A stretch of DNA of 64,000 nt from Flavobacteriaceae bacterium (GCA_038132955.1 JAYPSJ010000010.1:7463-71462), one strand, 5' to 3'. Numbered from the stretch's first letter, positions 47,722 to 57,462 are shown. A program made the numbers and translations. The notes: a model not told the origin generated them from the sequence alone.

Positions 47722-48471
47722 ATGTTAAAAAACCTGCCCAATACCATTACTGCGCTGAATTTAATCTGTGGAACTGTAGCATCTCTTTTTGCTATTTCTG
47801 GGGATTTGGTCATCGCGGTCTGGTTCATTGCGCTGGGGATGGTTTTTGATTTCTTAGATGGGTTGGTGGCCCGCGCTTTGGGCGTCCAAAGTCCATTGGG
47901 GGTGCAGCTGGACAGTCTAGGGGATTTGATTTCTTTCGGTCTGGCCCCAAGTTTGATTCTCTTGCAAATGATGCAACAAGCTTTTTATGGCCGCATGCGA
48001 CCACTCACTGAGGTTTTTTCCGCGCGCGCCTGGGAGGTGGGCCTTGAGACGTACTATCCCTTTTTAGCCTTGTTAGTGCTCATCGCTTCGGCAGTGCGTT
48101 TGGCTCGATTTAATATCGATACGCGTCAGACAGAACAATTTATTGGTTTACCCACCCCAGCGAACGCTATGCTCATTTCGAGTTTACCGCTCATTTTTGA
48201 ATATCATTATACCCCAATGATTGCTGAACTCTTGTTCAATCAGTGGTTTTTAATTGGGATAACTCTACTCAGTGTTTACGCCTTAAATGCGCCATGGCCC
48301 CTGATGTCGTTAAAACTAAAAAACACCTCTTGGCAAGATAACAAGCAGCGTTTTGTTTTGGTTCTGATGGCCCTTGTCGGATTTTTTACCTTGGGCTATT
48401 TGTCTATTCCGCTCGTTCTGTTGAGCTACGTGGGGATGTCTTTGTTATGGCCTATCTCAAAAGCGGAATAA
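47722..48471 (+). CDS. pssA: CDP-diacylglycerol--serine O-phosphatidyltransferase (CDP-alcohol phosphatidyltransferase family)
   Basis: DFLDGLVARALGVQSPLGVQLDSLGDLISFG matches the D(x)2DG(x)2AR...G(x)3D(x)3D motif. 249 aa, polytopic. Confidence 0.85.
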   Translation: MLKNLPNTITALNLICGTVASLFAISGDLVIAVWFIALGMVFDFLDGLVARALGVQSPLGVQLDSLGDLISFGLAPSLILLQMMQQAFYGRMRPLTEVFSARAWEVGLETYYPFLALLVLIASAVRLARFNIDTRQTEQFIGLPTPANAMLISSLPLIFEYHYTPMIAELLFNQWFLIGITLLSVYALNAPWPLMSLKLKNTSWQDNKQRFVLVLMALVGFFTLGYLSIPLVLLSYVGMSLLWPISKAE

Positions 48472-48594
48472 AGGACCTGCTAAACCATTCGGACAATGCA
48501 GGATACAAGGGGCAAACTTAATCCAAAAGACCAGGTCCGGAATTAGGCTGTCAATAAATCGAAGTTGGTCCGGATTGTGCAGCCGGTGAGTAAT

Positions 48595-49335
48595 CTAGAA
48601 ATTTAATTTTTTTTTGCGCAATTCGAAGTTCTGCCCGAGGTAGACTTTGCGTACCATTTCATCGGCGGCTAGTTCTTCCGGGACACCGTGCTTTAAAATA
48701 CTTCCTTCAAACATCAAATAGGTGCGGTCGGTAATAGCGAGTGTTTCCTGTACGTTGTGATCGGTTATAAGAATACCGATATTTTTATTTTTCAGCTGGG
48801 CCACAATGCGCTGAATATCTTCTACAGCCACAGGGTCTACACCCGCAAAAGGCTCGTCAAGCAAGATAAAATGAGGATCAGTAGCCAGGGCTCGGGCAAT
48901 CTCCGTGCGGCGACGTTCACCACCACTCAGAAGGTCTCCACGATTGGTCCGGATGTGTTGCAAGCCAAATTCATCAATTAGGGATTCCATTTTAGCCTCT
49001 TGTTCCGCCTTACTGAGCTTAGTCAGCTGTAACACGCTTAAAATATTGTCTTCAATACTGAGTTTGCGAAATACAGAGGCTTCTTGAGCTAAATAACCAA
49101 TACCATTTTGAGCGCGCTTGTACATAGGATAAGTGGTAATGTCCTGATTATTTAAAAAGATCCGACCACCATTGGGCTTGATGAGCCCTACAATCATATA
49201 AAATGAAGTTGTTTTTCCCGCACCATTGGGCCCGAGTAAACCTACTATTTCGCCTTGATTTACCTCTAGGGAAACTTTTTTAACCACCGATCGGCCACGG
49301 TAAATTTTATTGAGTTGTTCAGCGCGAAGTTTCAT
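48595..49335 (-). CDS. lptB: LPS export ABC transporter ATP-binding protein LptB
   Basis: 246 aa. [36 protein letters not shown] and the LptB-type C-terminus. Confidence 0.9.
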   Translation of the reverse strand: MKLRAEQLNKIYRGRSVVKKVSLEVNQGEIVGLLGPNGAGKTTSFYMIVGLIKPNGGRIFLNNQDITTYPMYKRAQNGIGYLAQEASVFRKLSIEDNILSVLQLTKLSKAEQEAKMESLIDEFGLQHIRTNRGDLLSGGERRRTEIARALATDPHFILLDEPFAGVDPVAVEDIQRIVAQLKNKNIGILITDHNVQETLAITDRTYLMFEGSILKHGVPEELAADEMVRKVYLGQNFELRKKKLNF

Positions 49336-49383
49336 AGGGGTTCAGGTTTTCAACCAATTAAAGCTAAGGTAACAATAATTTTT

Positions 49384-49734
49384 CTAGGAGGTTGGTCCGC
49401 AAAGAGCATCCCAAAATTCCACAGCGCGTCGCAAATGGGGAATGACAATAGTGCCGCCTACAAGCAAAGAAATACTCATGGCTTCCATGACTTCTTCCTT
49501 GCTGACCCCTAGTTCAAAACAAGTTTGCAAATGATACTTCACACAGTCGTCACAGCGTAGCACTAGCGAATTTCCCAGACCTAGGAGTTCCTTGGTTTTC
49601 ACAGAAAGATGACCCTCCATGTAGGCGTTTGTGTCTAAATTAAAAATGCGCTTGATAATTTTTTGATCTTCCTGCATCAGGCGATCGTTCATGCGCTCCC
49701 GATAAGCATTGAATTCATCGACAGTTTGCCCCAT
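49384..49734 (-). CDS. Carboxymuconolactone decarboxylase (AhpD-like) family protein
   Basis: Start trimmed to MGQTVDEF (ATG 49734) to avoid overlap with tatC. CDDCVKYH is a CxxC(..)H AhpD-like motif. Confidence 0.75.
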   Translation of the reverse strand: MGQTVDEFNAYRERMNDRLMQEDQKIIKRIFNLDTNAYMEGHLSVKTKELLGLGNSLVLRCDDCVKYHLQTCFELGVSKEEVMEAMSISLLVGGTIVIPHLRRAVEFWDALCGPTS

Positions 49735-49738
49735 AGTA

Positions 49739-50557
49739 TTATTTTTTCTTTTGTTGGATTTTGACCACGCGCTTAGCAATCAAAATACTGATTTCGTATA
49801 AAATAAGCACTGGAATCGACACAATGACCTGACTCGCAATATCCGGTGGAGTGATAATGGCTGAAATGATCAATACAATGACCAAAGCGTATTTGCGGTA
49901 TTTCTTAAGCCACTCAGGAGTAACGAGACCAATTTTTGTCAAGAAATAGATGACAATTGGTAATTGAAAGATCAGTCCGGAAGATAGCGCGCAAGCTCTG
50001 ACCAGAGCAATATAGCTACTCAAATCAAAGTCGTTAAAGACCTGATCACTTACTTGGTATGAGCCTAAAAAGTTAATTGATAGAGGCGTTACGACATAAT
50101 ACCCAAACAATACCCCTAGAAAAAACAAAACAGAAGCCACAAAAATAAATCCTTTGGCATTTCTGCGCTCATTTTCGTGCAAGCCAGGGCTTATAAACTT
50201 CCAGATTTCGTAAAGCACGTATGGAAAGGCAATGATAAATCCTGCGGTAATCGAGGTCCAAATGTGCGCCGAAAATTGACCTGACATTGTGCGGCTTTGA
50301 ATGCGAAAAGGCAACTCTGTAAAACAAAAGCTGTCTAAACCCAAAGCTTGTGCAGAACTACATAAAAGTTGATAGGTTGGAAAACTCGCGCGTTTTGGGC
50401 CAAAAATTATGCCGTCAAAAATAAAGTCCTTCATCAGAAAGGCCACAAAACCCATAGAAACAACAGCGATGGTGGCACGAATCAAATGCCAACGCAATTC
50501 TTCCAGATGGTCCAAAAAGGACATGTCTTTTTCGGGGTTAGGAAGTGCCTTTGCCAT
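49739..50557 (-). CDS. tatC: Twin-arginine translocase subunit TatC
   Basis: MSFLDHLEELRWHLIR N-terminus, 6 TM, 272 aa. Confidence 0.9.
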   Translation of the reverse strand: MAKALPNPEKDMSFLDHLEELRWHLIRATIAVVSMGFVAFLMKDFIFDGIIFGPKRASFPTYQLLCSSAQALGLDSFCFTELPFRIQSRTMSGQFSAHIWTSITAGFIIAFPYVLYEIWKFISPGLHENERRNAKGFIFVASVLFFLGVLFGYYVVTPLSINFLGSYQVSDQVFNDFDLSSYIALVRACALSSGLIFQLPIVIYFLTKIGLVTPEWLKKYRKYALVIVLIISAIITPPDIASQVIVSIPVLILYEISILIAKRVVKIQQKKK

Positions 50558-51522
50558 TAGATGATGCCCTCTTTACTTAAATTGTGGATATGCACCACCC
50601 CCGTGTAACGTCCATTTTCATGGGCGAGGATCTGGGTTATGCCATGACGATCCATGAGTTCCATTGCTTCAATGGCCATAGCATCGTTATCGATGAGTTT
50701 TGGATTTTTTGTCATGATATCTTCGGCGGTGAGTCCAGCGATGTTATCTACCTTACTGAGCATACGCCTTAAATCTCCATCGGTGATGATGCCCACAATA
50801 TTTCCTTGATCCACCACTGCAGTTACCCCTAAGAGATTCTCTGATATTTCTACGATTACCTTTTTCAAGTCAGTTTTGGGACTGACCTCTGGGCGAGAGT
50901 TTAGCGCGGTTAAATCACTTACTCGTAAATAGAGCTTTTTACCTAGAGATCCTCCCGGGTGCACCCGTGCAAAGTCTTTACTCGAGAATCCACGCAGATT
51001 AAGTAGGGCCATAGCAAAAGCATCGCCCATGACCAGTTGAGCCGTGGTGGAAGTCGTTGGGGCGAGGTTGTTCGGACAGGCCTCTTTAGCGACGTAAGCA
51101 TTAAGCACAAAATCGCTTTGTTGCCCTAAATAAGATTCTATATGGGCCGTCAAGCCAATTAACTTATTACCACTGGCTTTGATTAGAGGAACCAAAACCT
51201 TGATCTCTGGTGTATTTCCACTTTTTGAAATACAAATTACAGTATCATTTTCTTGAATAATCCCTAAATCTCCATGGATGGCATCGGCTGCATGCATAAA
51301 AATTGCGGGTGTGCCTGTTGAGTTAAGTGTGGCCACTATCTTGGTGGCGATATTCGCACTTTTACCTACCCCTGTAACAATCACTCTACCTTTTGACTGG
51401 AAGATATAGGCTACGGCTTGAGCAAATTCTTCGTCGATCAGTGTCGAGAGATGTTGAATGGCCTTCGCCTCAGTCTCTATGGTCTCTCTAGCGACCTTTA
51501 TTATGGGTTTTAAGTCAATCAA
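50557..51522 (-). CDS. kpsF: KpsF/GutQ-family arabinose-5-phosphate isomerase (SIS + 2 CBS)
   Basis: GRVIVTGVGKSANIATKI (SIS domain) and tandem C-terminal CBS domains. Apparent TTG start at 51522. Confidence 0.88.
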   Translation of the reverse strand: MIDLKPIIKVARETIETEAKAIQHLSTLIDEEFAQAVAYIFQSKGRVIVTGVGKSANIATKIVATLNSTGTPAIFMHAADAIHGDLGIIQENDTVICISKSGNTPEIKVLVPLIKASGNKLIGLTAHIESYLGQQSDFVLNAYVAKEACPNNLAPTTSTTAQLVMGDAFAMALLNLRGFSSKDFARVHPGGSLGKKLYLRVSDLTALNSRPEVSPKTDLKKVIVEISENLLGVTAVVDQGNIVGIITDGDLRRMLSKVDNIAGLTAEDIMTKNPKLIDNDAMAIEAMELMDRHGITQILAHENGRYTGVVHIHNLSKEGII

Positions 51523-51692
51523 AATTTCACTTATTTAATTGGTACGCTGCTTAGATTTTGCTATCTTTAAGAGTGGTTCTTAGCTCATTAGGGCTATCCC
51601 TTTTTAGATACATCGCAGCTCTAATGGTTGCAAAATTACAATTGTTCTCGAGTTCCCGCAATTTATTGTGATAAACTCCAGGCATCAATAAA

Positions 51693-53900
51693 ATGAATAA
51701 AGCATACAGCAAAGAAGAATTATCCGCTGCACTCAAGAATTATTTCGGTTTTTCAGGGTTTAAGGGTTTACAAGAGCCAGTCATTATGAATGTGCTGGCT
51801 GATGGGGACACTTTTGTAATCATGCCTACCGGTGGCGGAAAGTCTCTTTGCTATCAATTGCCAGCTTTGATTAGCAATGGCACCGCTATTGTGGTCTCTC
51901 CGCTGATTGCGCTCATGAAAAATCAGGTGGATTTTCTGCGATCTTTGTCCGAGACAGAAGGAATAGCCCATGTCCTTAATTCTTCGCTAACCAAAGCAGA
52001 GATAAAACAAGTGCGCTCTGATGTGCGCTCTGGGGTAACCAAATTACTCTATGTGGCCCCTGAGTCTTTGACCAAAGAAGAAAATATTGATTTTTTAAGT
52101 CGAGTCACCATTTCGTTCGTGGCCATCGACGAAGCGCATTGCATCTCTGAATGGGGCCATGACTTTAGACCTGAGTACAGAAACCTGCGCAAAATTATTC
52201 AGAGATTGGGTGGAGATATTCCCATCATTGGGCTTACTGCGACTGCAACGCCCAAAGTTCAAGAAGATATTTTAAAAAATCTCGGGATTCCAAAGGCCAC
52301 TACTTTTAAAGCTTCGTTTAATCGGCCAAATCTCTATTACGAAATAAGGCCTAAGACGAAGTCTATCGATGCAGACATTACCCGATTTGTCAAAAATAAT
52401 GAAGGCAAAAGTGGAATCATTTATTGTTTGAGTCGCAAACGCGTCGAGGAACTAGCCCAAACCCTTCAGGTTAATGGCATAAGGGCCATTCCTTATCATG
52501 CAGGACTTGATCCCAAAACACGGGTCAAAAATCAAGATATGTTTTTGATGGAAGACGCTGAGGTTGTGGTAGCCACTATTGCCTTTGGTATGGGCATCGA
52601 CAAACCCGATGTTCGCTTTGTGATTCATAATGATATGCCTAAGAGTATCGAAAGTTATTACCAAGAGACGGGTAGAGCAGGTCGTGATGGGGGCGAAGGG
52701 CATTGTTTAGCCTTTTACAGCTATAAAGACATTGAAAAGCTCGAAAAATTTATGAGTGGCAAGCCTGTGGCGGAGCAAGAAATCGGTTTAGCACTGCTTC
52801 AAGACGTTGTGGCTTTTGCCGAAACATCGATATCACGACGCAAATTTATTCTCCATTATTTTGGAGAAGAATTTGACAATGAGACAGGTGAAGGTGGAGA
52901 CATGGACGATAATATGCGTCATCCCAAGAAAAAGCATGAGGCTCAAGACGAGTTGGTTCGTCTGCTCAATGCCGTGCTGCAGACCCATCAAAAGTACAAG
53001 GCCAAAGAAGTTGTTCACGTGATGCGCGGTAAAGTTAACGCGCTAATTAAATCGCATAGAACCGATACCATATCTATTTTTGGTGCCGGTAGTGAGCATC
53101 CTTCGGAATATTGGATGGCCTTGATTCGTCAAGCATTGCTCGCTGGCTTACTGACAAAGGATATTGAGACCTACGGGGTCTTGAAAATTAGTGCAGCAGG
53201 TCAAGCATTTTTACAGGCCCCTAGCTCATTTATGATGACTGAAGATCATAGCTATAAGGACGCAAACGATGATGTAGTGGTGAGCAGTGGGACTCAGGTG
53301 GGTGCTGTAGCCGATCAAACCCTTTTTAAATTGCTCAAAGCCGAGCGAAAAACCATTGCAGATGAACTTGGTCTTCCACCATTTGTGATTTTTCAAGACC
53401 CATCTTTGGAAGATATGGCATTAAAGTACCCTATTACTATTGAAGAACTGTCTAATGTTCATGGGGTAGGTGAGGGAAAGGCTAAAAAATATGGTGCGAG
53501 CTTTGTCTCGCTGATTGACAAATATGTCACAGAGCATCAAATCTTGCGTCCTGATGATTTTGTGGTCAAGTCTACGGGCTCGAATAGCGCCCTTAAACTT
53601 TATATAATTCAAAGTGTGGATCGAAAATTACCTTTGAATGATATTGCCAAAGCTAAAGGCTTAGAGATGGATGACTTCATTAGAGAAATGGAAGCCATTG
53701 TTTATAGCGGAACCAAGCTCAATATTGATTATTATTTGGAAGACATACTGGATGAAGATTCCCAAGACGAATTGCACGATTATTTCATGGAGGCCCAAAG
53801 CGATCAAGTGGCGCCCGCTTTGGACGCTTTTGACGGAGATTACGAAGAAGAGGAAATTCGACTTTATCGCATCAAGTTCATCAGCGACGTGGCTAATTAA
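51693..53900 (+). CDS. recQ: ATP-dependent DNA helicase RecQ
   Basis: 735 aa. PTGGGKSLCYQLPA, DEAHCISEWGHDFRPEY, AFGMGIDKPDVRFVIH, RQC and HRDC regions. Confidence 0.95.
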   Translation: MNKAYSKEELSAALKNYFGFSGFKGLQEPVIMNVLADGDTFVIMPTGGGKSLCYQLPALISNGTAIVVSPLIALMKNQVDFLRSLSETEGIAHVLNSSLTKAEIKQVRSDVRSGVTKLLYVAPESLTKEENIDFLSRVTISFVAIDEAHCISEWGHDFRPEYRNLRKIIQRLGGDIPIIGLTATATPKVQEDILKNLGIPKATTFKASFNRPNLYYEIRPKTKSIDADITRFVKNNEGKSGIIYCLSRKRVEELAQTLQVNGIRAIPYHAGLDPKTRVKNQDMFLMEDAEVVVATIAFGMGIDKPDVRFVIHNDMPKSIESYYQETGRAGRDGGEGHCLAFYSYKDIEKLEKFMSGKPVAEQEIGLALLQDVVAFAETSISRRKFILHYFGEEFDNETGEGGDMDDNMRHPKKKHEAQDELVRLLNAVLQTHQKYKAKEVVHVMRGKVNALIKSHRTDTISIFGAGSEHPSEYWMALIRQALLAGLLTKDIETYGVLKISAAGQAFLQAPSSFMMTEDHSYKDANDDVVVSSGTQVGAVADQTLFKLLKAERKTIADELGLPPFVIFQDPSLEDMALKYPITIEELSNVHGVGEGKAKKYGASFVSLIDKYVTEHQILRPDDFVVKSTGSNSALKLYIIQSVDRKLPLNDIAKAKGLEMDDFIREMEAIVYSGTKLNIDYYLEDILDEDSQDELHDYFMEAQSDQVAPALDAFDGDYEEEEIRLYRIKFISDVAN

Positions 53901-54735
53901 GACCACTGAAAAGATCCCAATTTTGACTTAATTCTGGGTAATTAAATGGTGCTGAAGCGTCCTGCCTTTGTGTGATGTCCACGCTTTTTGACACATTTAT
54001 TGATTTTTTACGTAGCGGGGCTACAGTATGACAATCCAACTCAATTTCTTGGCTCCGACGCACAAATTTTTGGTTTAAACTTTGAAATTTTGAATTCCTT
54101 GAGGCACTTGAGTTAAATACCTCAGAATTGTGGCCTTCCGGTAAAAGCCATTGTTCCTCCATTTCAGGAGTTAAAATTAAGGGCATACGTGCCTGTTTGA
54201 GTCTCGGATTGTTGTGTATCCCACTCATTAGTTCATTGGCTTGAATGGTAACAATACTAAAACTGAGGGCTGCATCATTATCTAAATCGTTTTGCATGGG
54301 TTCAAAGATGCAGGCCAGGGCCATAGGCTTATGATCCAAACGATAAATAAAGTAAGGGTAAATTCCGGAAGAGCGATGTTGATGTTCATAAAATCCATCA
54401 ATCATTAAAATCCCTCTATGGCGCTCAGCTGCCTTGGCAAAAGCGGCTTTTTCAAACATACTTTCAGCGCGTGCATTGAGGGTATTAAATTTCAGTTCTT
54501 GAGCTCGTTCTTGAAACCAATGCGAAATAAGCCCCCAGCGCCCTAATCTAATTGACCCTGGTAATTCATTCGTATAAATACCCAAAACCGGGTGATTAAA
54601 TCCATTAATATGGGACTGAGGTAGGGTTGTATGTCTGCTTAAAAGGGCTTCAATTTCTTTAGCCGCATCGAGATTACCCGAGCGCTGGGCCCGTGATTTC
54701 TGAGCCTCCAGACTCGCTTTGATATCATAACACAT
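53893..54735 (-). CDS. SOS response-associated peptidase (SRAP/YedK family) with a C-terminal extension
   Basis: MCYDI with catalytic Cys2, FNTLNARAES (Asn/Glu), IHNNPRLKQARMPLIL (His). The last 70 aa or so have no pattern I recognise. Confidence 0.85.
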   Translation of the reverse strand: MCYDIKASLEAQKSRAQRSGNLDAAKEIEALLSRHTTLPQSHINGFNHPVLGIYTNELPGSIRLGRWGLISHWFQERAQELKFNTLNARAESMFEKAAFAKAAERHRGILMIDGFYEHQHRSSGIYPYFIYRLDHKPMALACIFEPMQNDLDNDAALSFSIVTIQANELMSGIHNNPRLKQARMPLILTPEMEEQWLLPEGHNSEVFNSSASRNSKFQSLNQKFVRRSQEIELDCHTVAPLRKKSINVSKSVDITQRQDASAPFNYPELSQNWDLFSGLN

Positions 54736-54749
54736 AAGGACAAGTCATC

Positions 54750-55949
54750 TTAAGATTCATCTACGGCATTTTCGTTAAAAGCAGAGGGGAGGAGTTTTGG
54801 AATAAGTTTTACCATTATGGGCAATAGTAGAGATCCACCGGGAAGTAAAAACAAGGTAAGTGATGGGACAGTTTTACAGATATCCAGTAATTGTTCTTTA
54901 ACTTTTTGCTTTTCTTTTTTGTTTAGATCACGTACTGTAGATAAGGTCAAAAGTTTAACCAGTTCGCCACTTTCGGCCAGCTCTCTAATCAATCTATTTT
55001 TATTGCGCAGAATTAGTGTTTTAACCATTGCGCTGGATTGCTTATACAATAATTTAACAGGATTGGCATGCTCAAATAGGCGTATAGATTGGGCATGGTT
55101 ACGGGAAAACTCATCTAAATCACGAATTCCGGCTAGAGCGCTGCCTGACTGAAGGGCCAATGTATTCTCAAAATCTTGAAGAAAATGAAGTTCCGCCGCG
55201 TCCATAACCCGATCATCCCAAACGCCTAAACAACAAACATCTAGAATAAAATTCTTAAATAAAGGGCTTTGATTGGCCATTTGCGTCATGAGTTCTTGTG
55301 CTGAATCATCTTCTGCTTTCAATGGCTTTTTCAAAGCATTGTGCAGCATTTCAATAAACATATGATCATACTTATTGGGTTTGAGTTTGCTTTCTAAAGC
55401 CCAGGAACAAGCCTGAATACTTAAATATTCCATTCGGTCAAAAGCACTTTGTACATTCTTATTTCCTTTGAGATACTCTTGAAAAACCAATATGTCGATA
55501 AACAAAAGGACATAGGTAATGAGCGATGAGACCTCTGCACTACGCCCAAGATTATTTTCATGTAATCGAGCATTGATGATGCTCTCAAGATTATCGCTTG
55601 GGGTTTTTGAAAAACTTAACTTATGCAAAAGACCAGGCTGTCCCTTACCCATGAGCTCGTAAAATGAAACAATGCTGGCAATGCAATCTTCGTAGCTTCC
55701 TTTGGGCTTCCGCTTAAAATAAACATAACACAGTGCGTGCAGAAGGTTAATTTTTGTGTATTCCTCGACAGTTAATTTTAGAGTTGTTATGGCCTGAGGT
55801 TCCAAACCCACCAGTGACATTCCATAAATAAATCCTCCAGACTTGAGTCCCTGATATAGATCGATCAGGTCATTATAGCCACTGCTCAGGGCCTTTTGAT
55901 CAATCTCTTTGATAAATTTTTTAATCCAACCAGCTGAAGACGGGTTCAT
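54750..55949 (-). CDS. LETM1-related (biofilm-associated-type) protein
   Basis: 399 aa. The C-terminus LNKKEKQKVKEQLLDICKTVPSLTLFLLPGGSLLLPIMVKLIPKLLPSAF resembles the LETM1-like ribosome-binding/TM segment annotated in Flavobacteriia. Confidence 0.55.
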   Translation of the reverse strand: MNPSSAGWIKKFIKEIDQKALSSGYNDLIDLYQGLKSGGFIYGMSLVGLEPQAITTLKLTVEEYTKINLLHALCYVYFKRKPKGSYEDCIASIVSFYELMGKGQPGLLHKLSFSKTPSDNLESIINARLHENNLGRSAEVSSLITYVLLFIDILVFQEYLKGNKNVQSAFDRMEYLSIQACSWALESKLKPNKYDHMFIEMLHNALKKPLKAEDDSAQELMTQMANQSPLFKNFILDVCCLGVWDDRVMDAAELHFLQDFENTLALQSGSALAGIRDLDEFSRNHAQSIRLFEHANPVKLLYKQSSAMVKTLILRNKNRLIRELAESGELVKLLTLSTVRDLNKKEKQKVKEQLLDICKTVPSLTLFLLPGGSLLLPIMVKLIPKLLPSAFNENAVDES

Positions 55950-56020
55950 TTGTTATTTTTGTATTGTTAGGCCCAATATTGGTTTAAAATTAAATAAAAC
56001 ATTTACCACATCAGAAGGAT

Positions 56021-56731
56021 ATGTCTAAAATTTATACCCTAATCTCAATTTTGAGTCTTGCTGTTCTGGGGCTTATCCTTTCTAGCTCGGAGCAGGGAGA
56101 TGGCCCTGAAGTAGCCTATACCTCGGCAGATATTGCAGATTTTTATGCATTCAGAGGAGCGCAATCCGACAAGACTGTTTTTGTGGTGACCATACAAAGC
56201 CCACTGAGTATTGGTACTGTGTCCCAAAAAGCGCGATTTGACCCTGAGGTTTTGATTGAATTTAATATCGATAATGATGGTGATTTTAAAGAAGATTTGG
56301 TGATTCAAGCCATTCCGCGTGACAGCATCATGTATTTTTTTGGCCCTAGTCCAGTATCTGAGCAACAACAAGGTCGATCTTCAGAGATCAATGTGAGCGA
56401 TTTAATAGGGTCAGTTCAAATTTCTAGTCTTGAACAAACTTATGTGACTCAGTTAGATTCCATTAGTCTGTTTGCAGGCCCAAGGCGCGATCCATTTTTC
56501 TTTGATCAGGACCGTTTTACCCTGATTCAAAATGGCACTGCGGCTCCGGAAGGATTCAATGCTGCTGCAGAGGCCTTAGATGCCTACGCCGATTCAAACG
56601 TCTTGTGTGTGGCTATAACCTTGCCGACTGAATTGCTTGGTGTAGCGCCAACACACGTTTTAAATAATTATGGAGCATTTAATCTACCCAATGCCTATAA
56701 CGTATGGGTAAGTACCAAAAGAAAGTATTGA
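56021..56731 (+). CDS. DUF4331 N-terminal-half protein (secreted)
   Basis: Signal peptide. ADIADFYAF, EFNIDNDGDFKEDL, GPRRDPFFFD, NVLCVAITLP and VWVSTKR match, in order, the motifs of the first half of DUF4331. Confidence 0.65.
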   Translation: MSKIYTLISILSLAVLGLILSSSEQGDGPEVAYTSADIADFYAFRGAQSDKTVFVVTIQSPLSIGTVSQKARFDPEVLIEFNIDNDGDFKEDLVIQAIPRDSIMYFFGPSPVSEQQQGRSSEINVSDLIGSVQISSLEQTYVTQLDSISLFAGPRRDPFFFDQDRFTLIQNGTAAPEGFNAAAEALDAYADSNVLCVAITLPTELLGVAPTHVLNNYGAFNLPNAYNVWVSTKRKY

Positions 56732-56732
56732 A

Positions 56733-57446
56733 ATGGAGCGACTCTTGATACGTTTTAGTCTTGTATTGTCATTGACGGCGCTCACTTTTGTAGCTTGTGA
56801 GGATGCCGATGATTTTAACAATGTTATTGAACAAGTAAGCTGCAGTGACGGAATGCAAAATGGTGATGAAACAGGTGTGGATTGTGGTGGTATTTGTCCG
56901 GAATGTCTCGATGGGCTCGATTTTAGCGGTGTTTATGTGCAGCAAGATATCGCAGGACGCCCAGCGATTAATTCGGTATTGAATATTGCAGGTCCGTTCC
57001 AAGACGCTTTTAATCGTTCGATAGTTTCGGCGCGAGGCAACCAAGACTTTATCGATGGGGCAAACAATCAGACCTTTCCCGGTATATTTTCGGAAAACCT
57101 TCAGCAGTATTTTATTGGTTATACCATCAATGAACAGCCGGCTAGTTTTGATAATAATGTTCTTGGATTTGATATTGCCGGATTTGCAGAATTTTTGGCC
57201 ACTACCGATGCCCTTCAACTAGCGGCAGAGGGAACTACTACGTATCGCAACACGGACCTTTGGTTTACGGGAAGGAATTTATCTGATGATGTCATGGACA
57301 CGACCCTGCTATTGATGTTTGGGGGGCCAGAAGGGGATCGATTTAATGGGGTTAATGGCCCTATGCTTATCAGCGATGGTGTGGGCCCGGGTGATCGCCA
57401 ATTTTTAACCGACTTTCCTTATTTAGAGGCTCCTTTGACTCAGTAG
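56733..57446 (+). CDS. DUF4331 C-terminal-half lipoprotein with N-terminal 4-Cys module
   Basis: Own lipobox LTFVAC. CSDGMQNGDETGVDCGGICPEC, then GRPAINSVL, GRNLSDDVMDTTL and FPYLEAP, the motifs of the second half of DUF4331. Confidence 0.6.
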   Translation: MERLLIRFSLVLSLTALTFVACEDADDFNNVIEQVSCSDGMQNGDETGVDCGGICPECLDGLDFSGVYVQQDIAGRPAINSVLNIAGPFQDAFNRSIVSARGNQDFIDGANNQTFPGIFSENLQQYFIGYTINEQPASFDNNVLGFDIAGFAEFLATTDALQLAAEGTTTYRNTDLWFTGRNLSDDVMDTTLLLMFGGPEGDRFNGVNGPMLISDGVGPGDRQFLTDFPYLEAPLTQ

Positions 57447-57462
57447 AGAGACCATTCGCAGG

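Noticed and set aside
56729-56735. Simple frameshift or pseudogene explanation for the two DUF4331 ORFs (TGA, 1 nt, then ATG)
   Set aside because: The second ORF begins with a complete lipoprotein signal peptide and a 4-Cys module that would not exist in a merely frameshifted gene. I therefore treat the split as genuine, but this still needs comparison with orthologues.
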